Assembly: GCA_905182785.1 (NCBI GenBank)
Contig: CAJJDF010000020.1
Span: 3,177-67,176 of the forward strand
Source: an uncultured Flavobacteriales bacterium
GTDB lineage: Bacteria > Bacteroidota > Bacteroidia > Flavobacteriales_D > CAJJDF01
Reading direction: 5' to 3'
DNA: 64,000 bases
Below are positions 19,094 to 27,875 of the stretch, one piece after another. Under the pieces are notes generated by a model. That model saw only the letters and a program-made list of their open reading frames with translations, ran no database searches and was not told where the DNA came from. Every line of letters starts with the position of its first letter. Positions within the stretch are counted from its first letter, which is position 1. Both the position numbers and the translations under genes were made by a program.

Positions 19094-21534
19094 TATCTCA
19101 AACTTGCTCCTAATTTACTCTCCAATTCACTCTGAATCTTAGTCATAATCTTTTCAATTTGCTTGTCTACTAAAGTTTTGCTTTCATCTTGGAAAAGGAA
19201 GCTAACAGCATATGATTTTTTTCCTTCGGCTACGTTTTTCCCTTCGTAGATATCGAACAAACCAATTTCTTTTAGAATTTTACGGTCTACTTTAGAAGCA
19301 ATTTCTTCTATTTCTTTAAACTTTACAGTTTTATCAATCAATAAAGATAAATCTCTACGCGAAGTAGGGAATTTTGCCAATTCCTTGTATTTCGTTTTGT
19401 TCATTATCATTAATGCCAATACACTGTCCCAATTAATTTCTGCATAATACACAGCTTGTTTCACTCCAAAGTGAGACACTACCTTGTTCGATACTTTTCC
19501 AAAGTCTGCCACAGGCTTTTTATTGATGGAATATGATAATCCTTCAGCCAACAACTCATTTTTAGTAGCACTTATTTGGAAGTTTTTATAAATCCCAAGT
19601 CTTTTCAAAGTATTGATTACTTCTTTCTTTATAGAAAAGAAATCAGCTTTTTGTTGTGCTTCTTCCCAGTTTTCTGAAGTTGTATTTCCTGTTATAAATA
19701 AAGCTAGAACTTGATTCTCCTCGTATCCCGATTCGTATTTGAAGTAAGTTTTTCCAAATTCTACCAATTTCAAATCGTTATTCCTACGGTTGCTGTTGTA
19801 AATAATAGCCTCCATTCCATTAAACAATAACGACTGGCGCATAACGTCTAATTCGCTACTCAATGGATTAAGCATCTTTACTGCATAATCAGGATTAATT
19901 TTCTTTGATTCAAATGCGGTTAAATAGCTAGACTTCGTCAATGAGTTAGACATAATCTCAGCAAAACCATTGTCGCTTAGTCTGTCCAATACCGTATTCA
20001 TTAATATTCTAGAATCCGTTTTCTCTCTGTAAGTGATAGAAGTATTTAATTTCTCTGGAACAGGAATGTTATTGAATCCGTAGATTCTTAAAATTTCTTC
20101 AGTTACATCCGCTTCTCTCAATACATCATTTCTGTAAGCAGGTACTTCAAGAGAAAGTGTTCCTTTTGTATTAGAAATCGTTTTTATATCTAAATCCTCT
20201 AAAATTGAATCAATTGTTTCAGTTGGAATATATTTTCCAATAAGGCGGTTACAATTGTCGTAATTAAAGGCTACGATTTGGTTTTTGATAGGAGTAGGGT
20301 AGCTTTCTTGAATTTCTGATGAAATAGTTCCTCCAGCAATTTCTTTGATTAGTAGAGCAGCTCTTTTCAAAGCATAAACTACTGTTTCTGGGTCTATTCC
20401 TCTTTCAAAACGGAAAGATGCATCTGTATTCAATCCTTGTCTTTTGGCTGTTTTACGAACCGATACCGGATTAAAATACGCACTTTCAAGGAAAATAGAA
20501 GTAGTAGATTCGGTTACTCCAGAATTTAAACCTCCAAATACTCCTGCAATACACATTGGTTTAGAAGAGTCGTTTATCATCAAATCTTCTTCGTGCAGTT
20601 CTCTTTCGGTTTCATCCAAAGTAGTGAACTTGTCTTTTGCATTTGCAGTAGCTACGATTACTTTGTTTCCTTCAATTTTTGCAGCATCAAAAGCATGAAG
20701 CGGTTGTCCCAATTCGTGAAGAACGAAGTTTGTAATGTCTACAATGTTGTTTATTGGCGATAATCCAATCGCATTCAATCTTGTTTTTATCCATTCAGGA
20801 GATTCTTCTACTTTTATTCCTGAGATAGTTACACCTGCATACCTTGGACAAGCATCTGTATTCTTTACTTCAATAGTAATTGGTAAATCGTTATTGTCAA
20901 TTTTCCAATTTGCAACTGAGGGAGAGCAAGTTTTTGCTTCTTTTGGTAAAATATTTTTATGTTTCAAAGCTACCATCAAATCTCTGGCAACACCAAAATG
21001 GCTCATTGCATCTGCTCGGTTTGGAGTTAATCCAATTTCGAACATAGTATCATTTTTTAAATCAAAATAATCGGCAGCTGGCAATCCTATTTTAGCAGTG
21101 CTATCCAATTCCATTATTCCATCATTTCCTTTGCCAATGCCAATTTCATCTTCTCCACAAATCATCCCAAAAGATTCTTCTCCTCGTATTTTTGATTTTT
21201 TAATTTTAAATGACTCCCCATTTTCTGAATACAAAACTGTTCCTATAGTTGCGACTACTACTTTTAGTCCTACAGCTACATTAGGTGCTCCACAAACAAT
21301 AGAAAGTGTTTCTGTTCCAATGTTTACTTTAGTTATTTTCAAAGTATCGGCACCAGGGTGTTTAACTGCTTGCATCACTTCTCCAATTACAAGTCCGCTT
21401 AGTCCACCTTTTATTTGTTCTACAGTTTCCACCTTTTCTACTTCCAGACCAATGTCAGTCAGAATTTCCGAAGTTTGCTCAGGAGTAGTGGTTAAGTTTA
21501 AATATTCGTTTAGCCAGTTGTAAGAAATTTTCAT
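19093..21534 (-). CDS. pheT: Phenylalanine--tRNA ligase beta subunit
   Basis: 813 aa with an N-terminal tRNA-binding OB domain, B3/4 and B5 domains and a C-terminal FDX-ACB domain. Confidence 0.95.
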   Translation of the reverse strand: MKISYNWLNEYLNLTTTPEQTSEILTDIGLEVEKVETVEQIKGGLSGLVIGEVMQAVKHPGADTLKITKVNIGTETLSIVCGAPNVAVGLKVVVATIGTVLYSENGESFKIKKSKIRGEESFGMICGEDEIGIGKGNDGIMELDSTAKIGLPAADYFDLKNDTMFEIGLTPNRADAMSHFGVARDLMVALKHKNILPKEAKTCSPSVANWKIDNNDLPITIEVKNTDACPRYAGVTISGIKVEESPEWIKTRLNAIGLSPINNIVDITNFVLHELGQPLHAFDAAKIEGNKVIVATANAKDKFTTLDETERELHEEDLMINDSSKPMCIAGVFGGLNSGVTESTTSIFLESAYFNPVSVRKTAKRQGLNTDASFRFERGIDPETVVYALKRAALLIKEIAGGTISSEIQESYPTPIKNQIVAFNYDNCNRLIGKYIPTETIDSILEDLDIKTISNTKGTLSLEVPAYRNDVLREADVTEEILRIYGFNNIPVPEKLNTSITYREKTDSRILMNTVLDRLSDNGFAEIMSNSLTKSSYLTAFESKKINPDYAVKMLNPLSSELDVMRQSLLFNGMEAIIYNSNRRNNDLKLVEFGKTYFKYESGYEENQVLALFITGNTTSENWEEAQQKADFFSIKKEVINTLKRLGIYKNFQISATKNELLAEGLSYSINKKPVADFGKVSNKVVSHFGVKQAVYYAEINWDSVLALMIMNKTKYKELAKFPTSRRDLSLLIDKTVKFKEIEEIASKVDRKILKEIGLFDIYEGKNVAEGKKSYAVSFLFQDESKTLVDKQIEKIMTKIQSELESKLGASLR

Positions 21535-21608
21535 TTTTTGGAGTGGATATCAGTTAAATTTTAAGTAGTAAAGATACGGAGATTAGGTAATTTATTTCAG
21601 TTTTACGC

Positions 21609-21644
21609 AAAAAAAAACCATCACGATTTATCGAGATGGTTTTT
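21609..21644 (-). terminator. Rho-independent terminator after rpsT
   Basis: Stem CCATC / GATGG around a 12-nt loop, with a long T-run on the minus strand. Confidence 0.5.
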
Positions 21645-21664
21645 AAATAATTGTTTTAAACGAA

Positions 21665-21916
21665 TTATAAGCTATTCACTTTTATAGTTAGGCTAGACTT
21701 CAAGTTAGAAGCTTTATTTCTGTGAATTACATTTCTTTTCACAAGTTTATCAAGAATACTTGATACAACAGGTAAAAAAGCAGTAGCTTCTTTCTTGTCT
21801 TCCATTCCTCTCAATTTTTTAATTGCAGTTCTAGCAGATTTGTGGTAGTACTTATTTCTAAGTCTTCTTACTTCTGTTGATCTGATTCTTTTCTTAGTTG
21901 ACTTGTGATTAGCCAT
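21665..21916 (-). CDS. rpsT: 30S ribosomal protein S20
   Basis: 83-aa basic protein starting [22 protein letters not shown], which is the S20 signature. Confidence 0.9.
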   Translation of the reverse strand: MANHKSTKKRIRSTEVRRLRNKYYHKSARTAIKKLRGMEDKKEATAFLPVVSSILDKLVKRNVIHRNKASNLKSSLTIKVNSL

Positions 21917-21947
21917 AATGTTTTATTTTAAATTAGTTTAAACTATG

Positions 21948-22019
21948 TAGCCCGTAGGGGAATCGAACCCCTATTGCAGGAATGAAAATCCTGCGTCCTA
22001 GCCGTTAGACGAACGGGCC
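21948..22019 (-). tRNA. tRNA-Glu (anticodon UUC)
   Basis: 72-nt cloverleaf folded by hand. Acceptor GGCCCGT/ACGGGCT, D-arm GTCT-AACGGCTA-GGAC, anticodon arm CAGGA-TTTTCAT-TCCTG, T-arm AGGGG-TTCGATT-CCCCT, discriminator A. No CCA is encoded. Confidence 0.9.
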
Positions 22020-22050
22020 AAAATGTCTTCCCCTTTATTATTTGGGAATG

Positions 22051-22058
22051 CAAATTTA
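22051..22058 (-). promoter_or_regulatory. Candidate -7 promoter box for tRNA-Glu/rpsT
   Basis: Exact TAAATTTG on the minus strand, 32 nt upstream of the tRNA 5' end. A TTG lies about 20 nt further upstream. Confidence 0.4.
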
Positions 22059-22097
22059 GAACCTTTTTTTTAATTTCAAAAAGAATTCAAGTTTTTT

Positions 22098-22784
22098 TTA
22101 CTTAATATTTACATCTGTTGAAAATTGGAATCCCATTCTCTTCCCAGTTTTCAATTGAATAGAGTCTCCAGTGGTTTTTACTTCGTGCACAGAAACTTCG
22201 CTAACAAGCTCATAAAGTGGAGCATAAAGGTCAAATTCCAGGATGTGAATCATTAAGTTTTCAATGATATCTTCCATCAAAGGAGGGTCAAAATTTAAGT
22301 TAGCAAAGTCAGTATATAAAAAACTTAATGTTCTTTTTCCCTCTGCATAAAAATGATTTTCGTTATTCACAAAAAGTCTTCCTATCAAATAACCAAAATC
22401 ATTCACTCTATTGAATCGAAAAGAATCGGATAAAAAATTATATACATTTATTATTCCTGTATATCCTCGGCTCTCGTCTTCTTCTAAATAGGGTGTTTTC
22501 CATATTGTGTGGTTCTCATCAAATTTAAATACATTGGAGTGTAAATTAAAAACAAGAATATCTCCTGCTAAAATTATATGAAATTCATACTTACTCTTTT
22601 CATGGTAATCAATGATAATTCTATCATCTTTAGAGCATACCTTTTCTTTAATTCTGTCGACAAGACTTATTGCTACTTTCTTTAAAACTTGAAATTGGTC
22701 TACTGTATTTTTAAAAACATCCTGTTTTAAAACTGATTTTGTGCACAACATTTCTGTTATTTTATCTAATTCTTCATTTTCCAT
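22098..22784 (-). CDS. Hypothetical cytoplasmic protein, translationally coupled to proS
   Basis: 228-aa ORF from the ATG at 22784, 1 nt after the proS TGA. The track's TTG at 22802 would overlap proS by 17 nt. No signal peptide, TM helix or recognised motif. Confidence 0.55.
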   Translation of the reverse strand: MENEELDKITEMLCTKSVLKQDVFKNTVDQFQVLKKVAISLVDRIKEKVCSKDDRIIIDYHEKSKYEFHIILAGDILVFNLHSNVFKFDENHTIWKTPYLEEDESRGYTGIINVYNFLSDSFRFNRVNDFGYLIGRLFVNNENHFYAEGKRTLSFLYTDFANLNFDPPLMEDIIENLMIHILEFDLYAPLYELVSEVSVHEVKTTGDSIQLKTGKRMGFQFSTDVNIK

Positions 22785-22785
22785 A

Positions 22786-24264
22786 TCAATAAGCTTTTGC
22801 AAATATTACTCTTTCAGACGAAGGTTTTCCAGAATACATACAGGTTCCTTCTTCTTTTTTGTTATCCAATAGTATGCATCTAATAGTAGCTTTTGTTTCT
22901 TTTTTTATTTTTTCTTCAGTTTCTTCCGTTCCATCCCAATGTGCAGAAATAAAACCTCCTTTAGATTCCAATACTTCTTTGAATTCATTATAATCATTCA
23001 CTTCAGTTATATGTTCGTCTCTGTAGGTAAGAGCTTTTTTATAGATAGTGTCTTGAATCACATCTAATAAATTAGAAATATAACTTCCCAATCCTTCTTG
23101 AGGAACAGACTCTTTAGTTTGAGTATCTCTACGAGCCAATTCTATCACATTGTTTTCTACATCTCTTGGTCCAATAGCAATCCTCAATGGAACTCCCTTT
23201 AACTCATATTCTGCAAATTTCCAGCCTGGCTTTCTGTTTTCATCAAAATCAAGTTTTACAGTTACTCCAGCTTTTTTTAGTTCTGTTTCTATTTTAGAAG
23301 CAGCTCCCATAACTAAGTCTTTTTGTTCGTCATTTTTGTAGATAGGAATAATTACTACATGAATAGGTGCTAATTTTGGAGGCAATACTAATCCAGCATC
23401 ATCTGAGTGAGCCATAATTAAAGCTCCCATTAGTCTAGTTGATACGCCCCAAGATGTTCCCCAAACTAATTCTTGTTTTCCTTCTTTGTTTACAAACTTC
23501 ACATCAAATGCATCTGCAAAATTTTGACCTAAGAAATGAGAAGTACCAGCTTGTAATGCTTTTCCATCTTGCATCAATGCTTCAATACACAATGTGTCTT
23601 CAGCTCCTGCAAACCTTTCGCTATCTGTTTTTCTTCCTCTAAGAACAGGCATAGCCATGTGTTCTTCGGCAAAATTTGCATAAACGTGTAACATTTGTTC
23701 TGTTTCTGCTATTGCTTCTGCTTTTGTAGCGTGTGCAGTATGTCCTTCTTGCCATAAAAATTCAGCAGTTCTTAAAAACAATCTTGTTCTCATTTCCCAC
23801 CTTACCACATTTGCCCATTGGTTTATCTTTATTGGTAAATCTCTATAAGATTGAATCCACCTTTTATAAGTACTCCATATAATTGCTTCCGAAGTTGGTC
23901 TTACAATCAGTTCTTCTTCAAGCTTAGCATTTGGATCCACCATTAATTTCCCAGGTTTGTCTGGGTCATTTTTTAATCTATAGTGTGTAACGATTGCAGC
24001 TTCTTTTGCAAATCCTTCTGCATTTTTTTCTTCCGCTTCAAACATACTTTTAGGAACAAAAATTGGGAAATAGGCATTTTGATGTCCTGTTTCCTTGAAC
24101 TGTCTGTCCAGTTCGTCTTTCATTTTTTCCCAAATAGCATACCCATATGGTTTAATTACCATACATCCTCTAACTCCTGAATTTTCAGCTAAATCAGCTT
24201 TTACAACTAGCTCATTATACCATTCGGAATAATTGTCACTTCTCTTGGTTAATTTTTTACTCAT
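22786..24264 (-). CDS. proS: Proline--tRNA ligase (archaeal/eukaryote-like type)
   Basis: 492 aa with class II aaRS motifs. It has no bacterial INS editing insertion and has the C-terminal domain ending in Tyr (..FAKAY). Confidence 0.95.
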   Translation of the reverse strand: MSKKLTKRSDNYSEWYNELVVKADLAENSGVRGCMVIKPYGYAIWEKMKDELDRQFKETGHQNAYFPIFVPKSMFEAEEKNAEGFAKEAAIVTHYRLKNDPDKPGKLMVDPNAKLEEELIVRPTSEAIIWSTYKRWIQSYRDLPIKINQWANVVRWEMRTRLFLRTAEFLWQEGHTAHATKAEAIAETEQMLHVYANFAEEHMAMPVLRGRKTDSERFAGAEDTLCIEALMQDGKALQAGTSHFLGQNFADAFDVKFVNKEGKQELVWGTSWGVSTRLMGALIMAHSDDAGLVLPPKLAPIHVVIIPIYKNDEQKDLVMGAASKIETELKKAGVTVKLDFDENRKPGWKFAEYELKGVPLRIAIGPRDVENNVIELARRDTQTKESVPQEGLGSYISNLLDVIQDTIYKKALTYRDEHITEVNDYNEFKEVLESKGGFISAHWDGTEETEEKIKKETKATIRCILLDNKKEEGTCMYSGKPSSERVIFAKAY

Positions 24265-24386
24265 AATATTTAGTGTGGCACAGTCTTTGTTATTTTTACG
24301 TTAATATACGCTTCCAAATTTAGATAAATTTATGTAAACTAGAAGTGGATTATAAAGAAAGGTCATTTTAATTAAAAATAACAACT

Positions 24387-25823
24387 ATGAAACTTAACTA
24401 TCTACTTATTTCTGCCCTAGCACTAATTAGTTTAAATTCTTTTTCCCAAAATGGGTTTGAGGATTTTGATGATATCTATTCTGACAATACTTCAGGAACA
24501 AAAAATTCTGATGCGAATACTACCAATAATGCAACAGAATTTTCAGATGGGGAAGATGCAGGAGCTTGGATAGAAAATGACGAATATTATGATCCTTCAT
24601 ACAATGCTAAAACAAATTCAGATTCTAGTGGAAATACATACATAACGAACAATTATTATGGAGACTACGAATATTCTTCGAGATTTAGAAGATTTGACAA
24701 TAGAATTTCTGGATACTCTTATTTTGATCCGTTTTACACTAATGTAGGATACTATTCTCCTAACGCTTGGGGGTATGGGAGGAATTTCAGAAGACCAGGA
24801 TGGAATATGGGATGGAGTTCTTACTCAGGATGGAATGTAGGTTATAACTACGGATGGAATAGCAATGGATGGGGAAATAATGGATGGGGAAACAATGGAT
24901 GGGGAAACAATGGATGGGGAAACAATGGATGGGGAAACAATAGATGGGGTAATAATGGATGGGGAAACAATGGTTGGGGTAATAATGGTTATGCATATAA
25001 TCAAGGTTTTAGAGATGGAGTTTATGCTTCAAATGGAGACAATAATAACAGATCAAGGTATTACGGAAGAAGAGAAAGTAGAGGGGCTGGAACAAGATTA
25101 TCATCCACTTATGGGAATAGAAGGTCAAATTCGAGAACAATTAATTCATCAGGGATTACTCAAAACACAAATACTTATGCAGGGAGACAATCTGCAGGAA
25201 ATTCAATAAGAACAGCTAGACCGGCAAGAGCTGCTGCTGTAATTGCTCCAACTAGAGCGTCAGGAGCAACAATGAGATCTGTGGGAGCGCCAGTTAGAAG
25301 AACTTCACCAGCAAGGTCTTCAAAAACTAGAGTAGGTGACAAAAGCCCTTCAGTTATTTCAGCTAAACCCTCTAGAGCTTTAAGAACAAGTTCAACGCCC
25401 TCTTCAAAAAGAACTGGAGTAACTGTTACCAAAGAAAGAGCTGTGCCAACAAGACGTTCTACTACACCTAAAAGAAGATCAATTGGAAAGCCTTCAAGAA
25501 GAACTGTTGGTTCTTCACCATCAAGAACAACTCCAAGCAGAGGAATTCCTACAAGAACAATTCCTTCGAGAACTTCACCAAGAAGAACAACTCCTTTGAG
25601 AACAGCACCAACGAGAACTTCACCAACGAGAACTAGTCCTTCGAGAACAACTCCTGGTAGATCAAGACCAACTAGAACTTCACCTTCAAGAAATTCAGGT
25701 TCTTCAAGGTCATCTGGTTCCTCAAGAACGTCTTCACCATCAAGAAGTTCATCTTCTCCTTCGAGAAGTAGTTCTTCAGGATCGTCAAGAGGAAGTAGTT
25801 CATCAAGAGGAGGAAGAAGATAA
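24387..25823 (+). CDS. Secreted low-complexity protein: acidic/Tyr-rich head, GWGNN repeats, Arg/Ser/Thr/Pro-rich tail
   Basis: 478-aa ORF with a Sec signal (LISALALISLNSFSQ). It contains about 8 tandem NGWGN pentapeptides. The C-terminal ~250 aa are dominated by [ST]P[ST]RT-like motifs with almost no acidic or hydrophobic residues. Confidence 0.6.
   Translation: MKLNYLLISALALISLNSFSQNGFEDFDDIYSDNTSGTKNSDANTTNNATEFSDGEDAGAWIENDEYYDPSYNAKTNSDSSGNTYITNNYYGDYEYSSRFRRFDNRISGYSYFDPFYTNVGYYSPNAWGYGRNFRRPGWNMGWSSYSGWNVGYNYGWNSNGWGNNGWGNNGWGNNGWGNNGWGNNRWGNNGWGNNGWGNNGYAYNQGFRDGVYASNGDNNNRSRYYGRRESRGAGTRLSSTYGNRRSNSRTINSSGITQNTNTYAGRQSAGNSIRTARPARAAAVIAPTRASGATMRSVGAPVRRTSPARSSKTRVGDKSPSVISAKPSRALRTSSTPSSKRTGVTVTKERAVPTRRSTTPKRRSIGKPSRRTVGSSPSRTTPSRGIPTRTIPSRTSPRRTTPLRTAPTRTSPTRTSPSRTTPGRSRPTRTSPSRNSGSSRSSGSSRTSSPSRSSSSPSRSSSSGSSRGSSSSRGGRR
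24864..24983 (+). repeat. 15-bp in-frame tandem repeat x8 (AATGGATGGGGAAAC)
   Basis: Eight head-to-tail units, four of them identical. They encode NGWGN. Confidence 0.9.
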
Positions 25824-25854
25824 TATCAGTCACTTACACTAAAAAATAATTAAA

Positions 25855-27330
25855 ATGAAAAGATATTCATTCATTTTTTTTGGGATTCTTATGGCTTTTT
25901 CGGCTAATTCTCAAAATGAAACAGACGCCCTAAGGTATAGTTATCTTAATTATAATGGAACAGCAAGATATGCTGGACTTGGAGGAGCAATGGGAGCTTT
26001 GGGTGCAGATATGTCTGCAATTTCAATGAACCCTGCAGGAATGGGAAGATACAGTCGGTCTGATTTTAGTTTTACAGGAGACTTAACATTTACACAATCA
26101 AAAGGGGCTTATGATGGAAATACGCTAAATGCGAGCAAAGCAAATTTTAATGTGAGTAATGTGGGAGTGGTTTTTGTAAAACCTATTTCTTTTGAGAAAG
26201 CAACTTTATGGAAATATTTTCAATTTGGAATTACTTCTAATAGAACTAATGATTTTCATGGTAGAACAAATATAGAAGGGAAGAACAATAAATCTTTGTT
26301 GACTTCTTATACTAATTATTTGAATGAAAATAATATTCCTTTGAATGAGACTTCCGATTTTTATGAAGGCTTAGCCTTTGATGCCTCTTTAATTGTTCAC
26401 GATAGTTTATCGGGTGTTTACACTCCTTGGTACAATGAATATGATGCAGAAATAGAGCAAACAAAAAGAACTGTAACAAGAGGTGCACAATACCAAACAG
26501 ATATAGCATTTAGTGGAAATTACAATGGAAAATTATATGTGGGAGGAAGTATAGGATTCCCAAGGATACGATACAATACTTCTTCAACTTACACTGAAAA
26601 ATTTGTAAAAGTAGATTCTGTGTATGATACAGAAGGTTTTTCAATGAAAGAAGATGTTTCTACAGAAGGTTCTGGTTTCAATATGAAACTAGGATTGATT
26701 TATGCTCCGGTTAAGTTTTTGAGAGTAGGGATTGCAGTTCATACTCCAACTTGGTATTCATTAACAGACCAATATTCTACTCAAATCACATCAGACTTTA
26801 CTGATAATTATTATGATGCAATTAAACCATCCCCAGATGGAGATTTTAACTACAGGCTAAAGACTCCCGGAAGAGTAATGGGAAGTATTGCTTTATTATA
26901 TAAGAAAAGAGGGTTCTTGACTTTTGAATATGAGTACGTAGATTATACAAGTGCTATTCTTAAGGATGAACTAGGCGTCAGTAAATCAGATAATTTTGAC
27001 GTTTCAAATAGTACAGCTTCTACTATTTATCAAGGAGCTTCCATATTTAAAGCTGGAGCAGAATTTAGATTAACAAATTTTTGGACCTTGAGAGGTGGTT
27101 ACGCTTATTATGGTTCTCCAATAAAAGACGAACAAGCTCAGGTGGATGCTTCAAGAACAAATTTCTCTGGAGGGATTGGATATAAAAATAGAAACTTCTC
27201 ATTAGATATGACTTATTTAAGGTCACAGTGGAAAGAAGAAAGTTATTTGTATGATCCAAGCTTAGTTACTGCAACAATAGTTGACAGAACACTAAATAAC
27301 TTTATGGTAACAGCAGGGTTTAGATTTTAA
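25855..27330 (+). CDS. FadL/OmpP1/TodX-like outer-membrane beta-barrel protein
   Basis: 491 aa with a signal peptide and a FadL-superfamily N-terminal pattern (ARYAGLGGAMGALGADMSAISMNPAGMG). It has amphipathic strands throughout and a C-terminal ...TAGFRF barrel signature. It starts 31 nt after the upstream gene. Confidence 0.65.
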   Translation: MKRYSFIFFGILMAFSANSQNETDALRYSYLNYNGTARYAGLGGAMGALGADMSAISMNPAGMGRYSRSDFSFTGDLTFTQSKGAYDGNTLNASKANFNVSNVGVVFVKPISFEKATLWKYFQFGITSNRTNDFHGRTNIEGKNNKSLLTSYTNYLNENNIPLNETSDFYEGLAFDASLIVHDSLSGVYTPWYNEYDAEIEQTKRTVTRGAQYQTDIAFSGNYNGKLYVGGSIGFPRIRYNTSSTYTEKFVKVDSVYDTEGFSMKEDVSTEGSGFNMKLGLIYAPVKFLRVGIAVHTPTWYSLTDQYSTQITSDFTDNYYDAIKPSPDGDFNYRLKTPGRVMGSIALLYKKRGFLTFEYEYVDYTSAILKDELGVSKSDNFDVSNSTASTIYQGASIFKAGAEFRLTNFWTLRGGYAYYGSPIKDEQAQVDASRTNFSGGIGYKNRNFSLDMTYLRSQWKEESYLYDPSLVTATIVDRTLNNFMVTAGFRF

Positions 27331-27349
27331 AAAATATACATTATTACAT

Positions 27350-27386
27350 AAAAAAAAGGCTACTGAATTTCAGTAGCCTTTTTTTA
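27350..27386. terminator. Bidirectional rho-independent terminator
   Basis: A-run, stem GGCTACTGAA / TTCAGTAGCC, T-run, between convergent genes. Confidence 0.65.
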
Positions 27387-27405
27387 TGTTTAAAATTGAA
27401 TTAAA

Positions 27406-27849
27406 TTAATCTTGTCCTTCTAGCTTACGAGTTTCATATGTATCTTGAGCTTGTTCTTGCTTAAGCCACAGTTCATCATTTTTTAATCTTGTGATTATCC
27501 ATTTTTTTGGCGTAACAATACCATCAGTGGAAATGATTAATTGAGTTTTATTTCTCCCATCTATTTTTCCGAATTCCCATTTTCCTGTTTCATTTGGTTC
27601 AAAACCGGCAGCTGTTTCTCCTCCTCTTGTGTATGAACCATCTTCAGTAAACGTCCAAGTAATTCCTTCATAACCTGCTGTAACATCATCATCAGCATCT
27701 GTAGCCGTAATAATTTTCCAAGTATTGGTCATTCTTGCTTTTTTAGATCTTAAAGATAATTTTGGTCCGTCTTCATATTTATTACAAGATGTTCCAAAGA
27801 TTAGAATGGAAGCAAAAATTACAGGAATTAATTTGATTGTTTTTGTCAT
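27406..27849 (-). CDS. Hypothetical lipoprotein (small beta-rich, lipocalin-like suspected)
   Basis: 147 aa with lipobox IFGTSC. No motif recognised. Confidence 0.55.
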   Translation of the reverse strand: MTKTIKLIPVIFASILIFGTSCNKYEDGPKLSLRSKKARMTNTWKIITATDADDDVTAGYEGITWTFTEDGSYTRGGETAAGFEPNETGKWEFGKIDGRNKTQLIISTDGIVTPKKWIITRLKNDELWLKQEQAQDTYETRKLEGQD

Positions 27850-27875
27850 GGTATGATTTTATTTTATGGTTTAGT

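Noticed and set aside
24864-24983. Possible CRISPR-like array, because of the regular short repeats.
   Set aside because: The units are 15 bp and directly abutting, with no spacers. They are in frame within a long ORF and no cas genes are present. This is a coding minisatellite.
24787-25432. Three extra long ORFs (24787-24996 minus, 24865-25209 plus, 25175-25432 minus) inside the GWGNN/RS-rich gene.
   Set aside because: They are alternative-frame or antisense readings of a low-complexity repeat (e.g. MDGET repeats, HCFPI repeats) and have no signal peptide or start context. Repeats lacking stop codons keep several frames open by chance.
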